Assembly (NCBI GenBank): GCA_963699255.1
Contig: OY969425.1
Span: 1,320,001 to 1,352,000, forward strand
DNA length: 32,000 nt
Origin: an uncultured bacterium
Lineage (GTDB): Bacteria > Margulisbacteria > WOR-1 > CAVSGV01
Direction: 5' to 3'
Of this stretch, positions 25,331 through 32,000 are shown one piece after another (the first letter of the stretch is position 1; each line of letters begins with the position of its first letter). A program made the position numbers and the translations under genes. The notes under the pieces were generated by a model. It made no database searches. It was given only the letters and a program-made list of their open reading frames with translations, and was not told the origin of the DNA.

Positions 25331-25349
25331 AATTATACACCATATAATT
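25331..25349. promoter_or_regulatory. Back-to-back -10 boxes for ychF and the divergent ORF 25360
   Basis: AATTATA-cacca-TATAATT is a perfect 7-bp inverted repeat, so TATAAT reads outward on both strands. The ychF ATG (25324) is 7 nt from its -10. The ORF 25360 ATG is 11 nt from its -10. Both -35 regions are weak. Confidence 0.4.
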
Positions 25350-25359
25350 TGGCCTAATA

Positions 25360-25971
25360 ATGAAATTTTTTGATCGACATAACGATATTACAAATAGAGA
25401 AGTCAAGTCAAAACCCGTCAGATTAGATCTGGAGCAGAAAACTATGTCTGTATCCCCGGTAAAAAGCTGTGTAATTTTGAATGGCAGCCTTAATAAGGCT
25501 GCATTGAAGCATCTTCCAAGGGATGAAGTGAAAATGCCGCGATTATTGGATCCCTCGGTAGTATATTTGGTCCAGGTCGGATTGAGGGCGCAGAGGATGC
25601 TAAACCTTGATCATGGAGCCAAAAACAACTACCTTCTATCGGAAGTGATCCCCAGGGTTCAAGAATACCAAACGAAACAGCAGAATTTAAGGAAACATTC
25701 TTCTTTAAAAAAGGCCAAAATAATAAACGGCTTCATTACTTGTTTTGGAGGAACTGTCGGCAGCGTGTGTTCAGGTGTGGTCCTTTTTATTAATGAAAAT
25801 ATGCCATGGACAAAGACATTGCTGACGACACTTGCGATCAAAGGGATTATCGTGCTTTCATACGGGCTTATTTCTAATTATTTTTTACATAACGCAAGTA
25901 AGTTTTATAATCACCTGGCTGAGCTCAATCAAGTGACCGGGGTTTCCAGGCAAGCTATTTTGAAACCTTAA
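25360..25971 (+). CDS. Hypothetical membrane protein (203 aa; two C-terminal TM helices)
   Basis: ORF with predicted TM segments INGFITCFGGTVGSVCSGVVLFI and LLTTLAIKGIIVLSYGLISNYFL. A TATAAT lies 11 nt upstream. The 3' end overlaps the convergent nadC gene by 17 nt. No recognisable domain. Confidence 0.5.
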   Translation: MKFFDRHNDITNREVKSKPVRLDLEQKTMSVSPVKSCVILNGSLNKAALKHLPRDEVKMPRLLDPSVVYLVQVGLRAQRMLNLDHGAKNNYLLSEVIPRVQEYQTKQQNLRKHSSLKKAKIINGFITCFGGTVGSVCSGVVLFINENMPWTKTLLTTLAIKGIIVLSYGLISNYFLHNASKFYNHLAELNQVTGVSRQAILKP

Positions 25972-26800
25972 GGTTGATATCAAGCGCGGGAGCTGAATGC
26001 GTAAGGGCACCGATCGATATATAGTCAACGCCTGCTTCGGCGACTTTTCGTATGTTTTTCAGAGTGATACCGCCCGAAACTTCGATCTCGATCTTGCGTT
26101 TGGATCTTCTGATTAGCTTGATAGCTTTCTTCATCGTTGCGATGCTCATGTTATCAAGCAGTATCCTGGAAACTCCTGATGCGATCGCTTCTTTTACCTG
26201 GCCGAGAGTGCTTGCTTCAACTTCAATTTTATTGAGCTTTTTCTTCGCCGCTCTTACAGCTTGCTTTAGGCCGCCGGCGACCGAAATGTGATTGTCCTTG
26301 ATAAGGACCTCGTCAAAGAGCCCCATTCGGTGGTTACATCCGCCGCCTATTTTTACAGCGTACTTTTCGAGAACGCGAAGCCCGGGAGTGGTTTTCCTGG
26401 TATCCAGTATCATTATCCCTTTGCCCGCGGCCTTTACGAATTTGCTTGTGATCGTGGCTATTCCCGAGAGTCTCTGCAAAAAATTAAGGGCCGTTCTCTC
26501 CGCCGTCAATATCCCCCTTGCCGGCCCGCTGACGATCGCCGCAACAGCCCCCTTTTTAAGGGTTTTTCCGTCATTGACCTTTTCAGAGAATTTAATTTTT
26601 TTATCGACGGATTGAAAGACCAGCCGCGCGACCGGCAGCCCGCAGATCATTCCGTCCTCTTTAACGATGATCTTCGCGGATGTTTTTGCGTCCTCGGGAA
26701 TTATTGAATTCGTGGTGATGTCTCCCTTACCTATGTCTTCCCTTAGGGCGAGTATCACCGAATCTAAGACCAGGATCCTTATTTCTTTAGTGTCTTTCAT
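25955..26800 (-). CDS. nadC: Nicotinate-nucleotide pyrophosphorylase (quinolinate phosphoribosyltransferase)
   Basis: TAERTALNFLQRLSGIAT, ILDTRKTTPGLRVLEKYAV..GGG.NHR.GL.D..LIKDNH and EVEVSGGITL are typical NadC blocks. Confidence 0.93.
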   Translation of the reverse strand: MKDTKEIRILVLDSVILALREDIGKGDITTNSIIPEDAKTSAKIIVKEDGMICGLPVARLVFQSVDKKIKFSEKVNDGKTLKKGAVAAIVSGPARGILTAERTALNFLQRLSGIATITSKFVKAAGKGIMILDTRKTTPGLRVLEKYAVKIGGGCNHRMGLFDEVLIKDNHISVAGGLKQAVRAAKKKLNKIEVEASTLGQVKEAIASGVSRILLDNMSIATMKKAIKLIRRSKRKIEIEVSGGITLKNIRKVAEAGVDYISIGALTHSAPALDINLKVSK

Positions 26801-27600
26801 GGAACGAACCAGGAAATGTAATAGTACATTATGGGGGCGGCCAAGATAAAGCTGTCCATCCTGTCAAGAAATCCGCCGTGGCCGGGTATCATGTTGCTGG
26901 AATCTTTCACCCCAGCGTCCCTCTTTATAAGGGATTCGACAAGGTCGCTTATCTGTCCGACGATCCCTATGACTATCCCGAGTATTACGCCGTGCATCAT
27001 GCTCATGCTTATCAACCTGCTGAATACCGCGGCAGCGATCACGCTGACTATAAGCCCTGAGACCGCCCCTTCAACGGTTTTTCTGGGGCTTATGTAAGGG
27101 CTTAGCTTTACCCGTCCCAGAAATGTTCCGACCAGATATGCTGTCGTATCACAAGCCCATATGGCTATAATGAGAAAGAAAAGATATGCTCCGTGGGGAG
27201 TAAGTTCCCTTATGAGTATCAGGTAGCTGAACATCCATCCTATGTAGAGTATCCCCAGAAGCGTTATCGACGCGTTGACGGTGGAGTCCTGCGCCTTTTT
27301 CAGGAAGATGCCCGCGGAGAACGTGATGATTATGGCAGTAGTGAGTATTCCTGTGGCATACGGCTCCCAGTGAGGATGTTTTAAGGTATAAGTCGTGAAC
27401 CATGTGAAGAAAACCGTTACTATTACGCCGACCGCATAGGAAGGTGAATAGCCTTTGCGGTTCATGAGGTAGTAGAATTCATTAAGGCAGAATACTGCAA
27501 GGGCGGTAACCAGAATAAAAAAACTCCAGCCGCCGAAATACGTACATGCGACTATTATCGGGACGGCAACTAAAATGGTTAATATTCTTGCGAGCATCAA
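26797..27600 (-). CDS. cdsA: Phosphatidate cytidylyltransferase
   Basis: Polytopic membrane protein with the CdsA signature SLIKRDAGVKDSSNMIPGHGGFLDRMDS. Confidence 0.9.
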   Translation of the reverse strand: MMLARILTILVAVPIIVACTYFGGWSFFILVTALAVFCLNEFYYLMNRKGYSPSYAVGVIVTVFFTWFTTYTLKHPHWEPYATGILTTAIIITFSAGIFLKKAQDSTVNASITLLGILYIGWMFSYLILIRELTPHGAYLFFLIIAIWACDTTAYLVGTFLGRVKLSPYISPRKTVEGAVSGLIVSVIAAAVFSRLISMSMMHGVILGIVIGIVGQISDLVESLIKRDAGVKDSSNMIPGHGGFLDRMDSFILAAPIMYYYISWFVP

Positions 27601-28346
27601 AGCCCCCCGAATTTCCTGACCCTACCGCTGTAATCGTTTATCGCTTCGAGCAAGTGCTTCTTCCTGAAATCGGGCCATAGCACGTCGGTAACCCATATCT
27701 CCGCATAAGCGATCTGCCAGAGCATGAAATTGCTTACTCGCATCTCGCCCGCGGTCCTTATCAGCAGATCCGGATCCGGCATATCCGCGGTATATAAGGA
27801 CCGTGAAATGATCTCTTCATTGATTCTATCACTTTTTATGTGACTTTTAACTATTGATTTAAGGGCATCGGTGATCTCCGCCCTGCCGCCGTAGCTCAGC
27901 ATTATGCTAAGGTTCAACCTGTCGTTGTCCCTGGTCTTTTCCTCGGCGGATCTTATTTTTTTCCGGAGGTTTTCGGGTAGCATTGATATCCTTCCGAAAA
28001 ACCGCATCTTTATCCCGTTCCTGTTAAGTTCGTCGATTTCCCGGTCAATGGTCGACGAGAGGATGTTCATCAGGAAACTCACTTCCTCCTTCGGCCTCTT
28101 CCAGTTCTCCGTTGAGAAAGCGTAAACGGTCAGGTACTTTATCCCGAACTCCACACATGCCTTTACTGTTTCCTTAAGAGATATCGCTCCGTTCCTGTGG
28201 CCTTCTATCCTCGGAAGTCCCCGTTTCCTCGCCCATCTTCCGTTCCCGTCCATGATAATAGCTATATGATTCGGCTTGTTTTGTGGTCTTGTGCTTTGGG
28301 TTTGGGTATTATTTCGGATTTCGGATTTCGGATTTCGGATTTGCAT
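27597..28346 (-). CDS. uppS: Isoprenyl transferase (undecaprenyl-diphosphate synthase)
   Basis: HIAIIMDGNGRWA, LTVYAFSTENW.RP..EV and IRTAGE.R.SNF.LWQ..YAE are canonical cis-prenyltransferase motifs. There is no alternative ATG/GTG/TTG between the ATG at 28346 and the first conserved motif. That ATG overlaps the frr stop as TGATG. Confidence 0.93.
   Translation of the reverse strand: MQIRNPKSEIRNNTQTQSTRPQNKPNHIAIIMDGNGRWARKRGLPRIEGHRNGAISLKETVKACVEFGIKYLTVYAFSTENWKRPKEEVSFLMNILSSTIDREIDELNRNGIKMRFFGRISMLPENLRKKIRSAEEKTRDNDRLNLSIMLSYGGRAEITDALKSIVKSHIKSDRINEEIISRSLYTADMPDPDLLIRTAGEMRVSNFMLWQIAYAEIWVTDVLWPDFRKKHLLEAINDYSGRVRKFGGL
28308..28342. repeat. Heptanucleotide tandem repeat (ATTTCGG, four full copies plus partial flanks) inside the first codons of uppS
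   Basis: Read directly: atttcgg at 28311-17, 28318-24, 28325-31 and 28332-38, flanked by att and attt. On the coding strand it gives atg caa atc cga aat ccg aaa tcc gaa atc cga aat ([12 protein letters not shown]). Confidence 0.9.
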
Positions 28347-28906
28347 CAGATGGACATGATTTCCGATTCTTTTGCAGCTAAAAGTTTATCGATCTCGGCA
28401 ATATATTTGTTTGTCAGGGCCTGTATCGCTTCCTCCTCGTTTTTCTTTTTGTCTTCGGACCATTTTTCGGAGTCGGACTTCGTCTTGATCTCCGTGATAA
28501 AATCCTTCCTTATGTTCCTGATGGATATTTTCGAATTCTCCGCTTCTTTTTTTACGGTTTTTACCAGGTCGTTGCGTCTCTCCTGGGTTGGCTGGGGCAT
28601 ATTCAGCCTTATTACGCCGCCTTCCGATACGGGAGGAAGCCCGAGGTCGGATTTTTGGATCGCCTTCTCTATTTCCTTTATGGAGTTCTTGTCATAAGGC
28701 TGGACGACCAGTAGTCTCGGCTCCGGGACAGAGATGTTGGCAAGCTGCTTCAGGGGCACAGTGGTACCGTAGTAATCAACGTTCACGTGATCGAGCAGCG
28801 AAGGCGACGCCCTGCCGGTCCTTATAGAGGCGAAGTCCCTCTTAAGTGACTCGATCGTTTTTTTCATTTTTTCTTCGGCAGATCTGGTGATCTCGTCCAT
28901 GTTCAA
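28346..28906 (-). CDS. frr: Ribosome recycling factor
   Basis: 186 aa; typical Frr sequence (...[36 protein letters not shown]...IEKAI..SDLGL.P...G..IR...P.LT.ERR..L.K). Confidence 0.95.
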   Translation of the reverse strand: MNMDEITRSAEEKMKKTIESLKRDFASIRTGRASPSLLDHVNVDYYGTTVPLKQLANISVPEPRLLVVQPYDKNSIKEIEKAIQKSDLGLPPVSEGGVIRLNMPQPTQERRNDLVKTVKKEAENSKISIRNIRKDFITEIKTKSDSEKWSEDKKKNEEEAIQALTNKYIAEIDKLLAAKESEIMSI

Positions 28907-29619
28907 TCCTTTGTGATCGTTGTGCCTACGGGTTTGCCCAGAACGACCTTTTCGATATTGCCGTGCCTGGTAACATCGAAAACGACTATCGGGATATCAT
29001 TGTCCATGCAAAGCGACGCCGCTGTGGTATCCATTACCTTCAGCCTCCTGTTCAGCACATCCATATAGGTCAGTGTTTTGAATTTTTTCGCGTTAGGATA
29101 GCGCATCGGATCTTTATCGTAAACGCCGTCAACCTTTGTGGCCTTCAGGATGACATCCGCGTCAAGCTCCGCCGCCCTGAGGGACGCCGCCGTATCGGTA
29201 GTGAAATAAGGGTTCCCCGTCCCTGCGGCGAGTATCACAACGCGTCCTTTTTGCATATGACGCATGGCGCGCCGCCTGATAAAAGGTTCGGCGATCGATT
29301 TCATTTCTATCGCGGTCTGAACGCGGCTGTCCACGCCTTTCTTCTCAAGCGCGTCCTGAAGCGCAAGCGCGTTGATTACCGTGGCAAGCATTCCCATGTA
29401 GTCGCCGGTCGCCCTGTCCATTCCCCTGGCGCTTCCGGCGATACCTCTGAATATGTTGCCTCCGCCTGCCACAATGGCGACATCGATCTTGTATCTTTTT
29501 ATTGTTTTTATTTCCTCGGCGATAACATCCATGACCTGCGGATCGATCCCGTATTTTTGGGTTCCCCCGAAGACTTCGCCGGAGAGTTTGAGGAGGATTC
29601 TCTGGTACTTAACTTTCAT
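28903..29619 (-). CDS. pyrH: Uridylate (UMP) kinase
   Basis: [12 protein letters not shown].. , [13 protein letters not shown] and [21 protein letters not shown] are canonical PyrH blocks. The pyrH-frr-uppS-cdsA order is a widely conserved cluster. Confidence 0.95.
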   Translation of the reverse strand: MKVKYQRILLKLSGEVFGGTQKYGIDPQVMDVIAEEIKTIKRYKIDVAIVAGGGNIFRGIAGSARGMDRATGDYMGMLATVINALALQDALEKKGVDSRVQTAIEMKSIAEPFIRRRAMRHMQKGRVVILAAGTGNPYFTTDTAASLRAAELDADVILKATKVDGVYDKDPMRYPNAKKFKTLTYMDVLNRRLKVMDTTAASLCMDNDIPIVVFDVTRHGNIEKVVLGKPVGTTITKD

Positions 29620-29627
29620 CGCCGGGA

Positions 29628-29656
29628 ATTATACTACTTGCCCCGTAGAGATGCAA
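29628..29656 (-). promoter_or_regulatory. Sigma-70-like promoter of pyrH (TTGCAT-N17-TATAAT)
   Basis: On the minus strand: TTGCAT (29656..29651), a 17-nt spacer, and TATAAT (29633..29628). The ATG at 29619 is 8 nt after the -10, with no SD. Confidence 0.5.
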
Positions 29657-29664
29657 TGTAAAAT

Positions 29665-29826
29665 AAGAAGAGCTAGGAGAGCTAGAGGTTGAGAAGAGAA
29701 GATGTATAGAGGTTCGGAGGTTTGCAGGATAAAGAAAATCAATTGCGGAACATATAAAACATCTCAACCTCTCGACATCTTAACCTCTTCCCTTCTTTCG
29801 CTTCTAGCTCGTCTAGCTCCTCTTTT
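29665..29826. repeat. Long imperfect inverted repeat (~60-nt arms, ~35-nt centre) between lpxB and pyrH
   Basis: Left arm: AAGAAGAGCTAGGAGAGCTAGAGGTTGAGAAGAGAAGATGTATAGAGGTTCGGAGG. Reverse complement of the right arm: AAGAGGAGCTAGACGAGCTAGAAGCGAAAGAAGGGAAGAGGTTAAGATGTCGAGAGGTTGAGATG. The first 22 nt match at 19 of 22 positions, and the AAGATGT..AGAGGTT..GAG block is also shared. The right arm includes the lpxB stop codon and its last four codons. Confidence 0.7.
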
Positions 29827-30934
29827 CGCCGATAAATTCGACGATCTTTCTCGCTGCTTTCTCCGTGGCGCCAGCGCTTCCCAAGAGCGAACGAACTTCC
29901 GCGTACCCGGCTCTCGCCTTTTGCGGGTCGGCCAGGATCCTGACCGCTTCATTATATATGTTGTCGGCATTCGCCTGCCCCATGACATACTCAGGAACGA
30001 CCATCCTGCCAGCCAGGATATTTGGCATGCTGTAATGATCGAGCTTAATTCCCAAAAGGTATCTGCCTATATAATATGTAACCGGGGAGAGCTTATAGAA
30101 CATGATAACCGGCGTGTTGAGACAGACACATTCCAATATGATCGTTCCTGACTTGGCTATGACGAGGTCTGAATTGGCCAGGACATCATGGTTGTAACCT
30201 TCGATCACCTTGATGTTCAAGGATGTTTTTGCAAGCTTATCCTCGATCTCGTTCTTGAACTTAGAGTACGAGATCGGAAGGATGAACTGGGCTCCTTTTA
30301 TCCTGCCGGCCACATCGAGAAGGATGGGAAGCAGGTTCTTTATTTCGTGATGCCTGCTGCCGGGACACAGAGCGATTATTTTTTCTTGAGGATCAAGACT
30401 GAATTTCCGGCAGAGATCCTGCCTGCTCATATCCGATCTTACGATATCAAGCAGCGGGTGGCCGAAATAAACAGAGTTGCCCCCATTCGCCTTGAAAAGC
30501 TCGTGCTCTTTCTTAAATATTGAAATGATCAGGTCGATTGTCCCCGCTACCCTGCGTATGCCTTTTTTCGTTCCCCAGAGCCACTCCTGCGGAGCGATGT
30601 AATATATCGTTTTTATGCCATGTTTCTTTGCGAACGCCGCGAGCGGCATGTTAAAGCCCTGCGCATCCACCAGGATCAAAGCGTCCGGCTTTTCGCTGAT
30701 TAGCATGTTCTTCATTGACTTGAGGGTGGATAGCTGGAAAGGGAGGTATTTAATGGCTTCAACAATGCCGATGGAACTTTTTTCGGTGATATCTATCCTT
30801 ATGTCAACGCCTGCGGAGCGCATCTTCTCGCCGCCCATGCCGAACAGGTCGCAGCCTTTCAGCTCCCTGGCCAGGAAGCTCGCGAGGAGGTCCGCTGATA
30901 CCTCAGCCGCGGACATCATTATCTTGGGTCGCAT
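29813..30934 (-). CDS. lpxB: Lipid-A-disaccharide synthase
   Basis: 373 aa with an LpxB-like N-terminus (KIMMSAAEVSADLLASFLAREL...), a GT-B-like layout, and a position immediately downstream of lpxA. Confidence 0.88.
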   Translation of the reverse strand: MRPKIMMSAAEVSADLLASFLARELKGCDLFGMGGEKMRSAGVDIRIDITEKSSIGIVEAIKYLPFQLSTLKSMKNMLISEKPDALILVDAQGFNMPLAAFAKKHGIKTIYYIAPQEWLWGTKKGIRRVAGTIDLIISIFKKEHELFKANGGNSVYFGHPLLDIVRSDMSRQDLCRKFSLDPQEKIIALCPGSRHHEIKNLLPILLDVAGRIKGAQFILPISYSKFKNEIEDKLAKTSLNIKVIEGYNHDVLANSDLVIAKSGTIILECVCLNTPVIMFYKLSPVTYYIGRYLLGIKLDHYSMPNILAGRMVVPEYVMGQANADNIYNEAVRILADPQKARAGYAEVRSLLGSAGATEKAARKIVEFIGEKRS

Positions 30935-30936
30935 GT

Positions 30937-32000
30937 CTAGATCCCGATTTCGGGTATTTCCGGGAACAGCAGTTCTTTTTCTATCTCCGTCTCCTCAATG
31001 ATCGCCCCAGAGCCTTCCCGCTTCTTGCTTATCCCTCTTACGCTATCCGCCTCAAGGAAGTTTACCAGCTGTTCAACTTCATCAAGCATCTTTACTTTCT
31101 TTCTTATTTCATCAACAGCGTTCTTTATGTTCACCCTGGACATATAAAGCATCTTAAAGCATTTTTTTATTTCGGCCTGAGCTTCATCGGATATTCCGCG
31201 CCTCTGCATCCCTATCAGATTCAGGCCCCTCACATATCCCGGGTTCCCGTCGAAAAGCATGAAAGGCGGAATGTCCTGGACCACCTTTGAAGAAGACCCT
31301 ATCATCGCGAGGCGGCCTAATCTCGTCCCCTGATGAATTCCCACGAGTCCCCCTATGACCACCTGGTCTTCAACGACGGTATGTCCGCCGAGTCCCACAT
31401 ATCCGCCTATTATCGCCTGGTTCCCGACCCTGCAGTTGTGCGGAATGTGGGCGTAAACCATTATGAAGTTCTCGTTCCCTATTACAGTTTGCTTGCCTTC
31501 GCCTGAAGGCAGGTGTATCGTAACAAATTCCCTTATAATGTTCTTGTTGCCGATGATGATCTCGTTCCTTTCGCCTTTATATTTGTAATCCTGGGGCGGA
31601 AGACCTATCGAAACATTATGATTGATGATATTGTCGGATCCGACGGTCGTCCATTTTCTGATTATTGTATGCGATCCTATCTTGGTATTATCGCCGATCT
31701 TCACGTCAGGCCCTATGACCACATAAGGCCCTATATCCACCTTTTTTCCGAACTGGACGGAAGGATGGACCGAAGCTGTAGGGTGGATCTTGGGTTCGTC
31801 ACTTAACCTGTCGTTCAATGAAAAGAGTATTTCACCTTCCGCTGCAATATCACCGTCAACTTTTGCTACGCATTTAAGCTTGCCTATCGTGCCTTTCATC
31901 TTCATCGCCTCTACCTCTATCCTGAGCTGGTCGCCGGGCACAACGGGTTTCCTGAAGCGCACCTGATCTATTCCCGCGAAATAGACAAGTTTCCCTTCGT
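30937..32000 (-). CDS. FabZ (3-hydroxyacyl-ACP dehydratase) fused in frame to LpxA (UDP-GlcNAc acyltransferase); the N-terminus lies beyond the right edge
   Basis: The reading frame stays open to base 32000. My translation upstream of the track start is ..[30 protein letters not shown]...GEILFSL, which is a FabZ C-terminal half. It continues without a stop through NDRLSDEP into [44 protein letters not shown]..., which is the LpxA hexapeptide-repeat (LbH) domain and its C-terminal helical domain. Confidence 0.85.
   Translation of the reverse strand, partial: EGKLVYFAGIDQVRFRKPVVPGDQLRIEVEAMKMKGTIGKLKCVAKVDGDIAAEGEILFSLNDRLSDEPKIHPTASVHPSVQFGKKVDIGPYVVIGPDVKIGDNTKIGSHTIIRKWTTVGSDNIINHNVSIGLPPQDYKYKGERNEIIIGNKNIIREFVTIHLPSGEGKQTVIGNENFIMVYAHIPHNCRVGNQAIIGGYVGLGGHTVVEDQVVIGGLVGIHQGTRLGRLAMIGSSSKVVQDIPPFMLFDGNPGYVRGLNLIGMQRRGISDEAQAEIKKCFKMLYMSRVNIKNAVDEIRKKVKMLDEVEQLVNFLEADSVRGISKKREGSGAIIEETEIEKELLFPEIPEIGI

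Noticed and set aside
28308-29826. The tandem heptamer and the large palindrome considered as CRISPR-like or other array structures
   Set aside because: There are no repeat-spacer units. The heptamer is a simple microsatellite and the palindrome is a single inverted repeat. No cas genes are present in the window.
29702-30151. ORFs 29702..30151 (+) and 29764..29988 (-) across the lpxB-pyrH palindrome
   Set aside because: Both are generated by the purine/pyrimidine-skewed arms of the palindrome (Arg/Glu/Lys or Ser/Leu runs) and overlap the well-supported lpxB gene.

Overview
Gene-dense bacterial chromosomal segment with about 32 protein-coding genes, roughly 25 on the minus strand, many with 1-4 nt start/stop overlaps. 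I saw no rRNA, tRNA, CRISPR array, transposase, integrase or recognisable phage gene. Housekeeping genes: a partial GPH-type MFS transporter, nrdD, ribD, rpe, aroE, plsC, radA, clpC (broken by a 1-nt frameshift), ychF, nadC, cdsA, uppS, frr, pyrH, lpxB, and a fabZ-lpxA fusion that runs off the right edge. lpxA/lpxB, SLH-domain envelope proteins and a class III ribonucleotide reductase together suggest an anaerobic diderm. The clpC-radA and PASTA-kinase-rpe synteny is Firmicutes/Terrabacteria-like. Both points are inference, with no taxon claimed. Candidates for something new, in my order of interest: (1) a translationally coupled envelope operon at 18130-24214. It encodes an SLH protein, an outer-membrane beta-barrel whose coiled coil and SLH anchor sit at the C-terminus (the reverse of the OmpM/Slp order), a tandem Ig-like protein and an orphan multi-TM sensor kinase. 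(2) An A+T-rich (by eye) three-gene paralog cluster at 10731-13709. A conserved leader and EF-hand pair is joined to different sensor-type repeat arrays, either 33-41 aa helical repeats or ribonuclease-inhibitor-type LRRs. It has no signal peptide and a duplicated promoter. (3) A PrkC-like protein whose catalytic motifs are degenerate (predicted pseudokinase), split from its PASTA module. (4) A sigma-28-like promoter motif shared by four uncharacterised loci. Smaller items: the FabZ-LpxA fusion, the clpC frameshift at UUU-CGA, a two-copy nested palindromic element, a ~160-bp palindrome between lpxB and pyrH, a 7-bp microsatellite in the first codons of uppS, and several apparently leaderless genes. 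All calls come from reading the sequence and the ORF track by eye. No database search, HMM search or folding was run.
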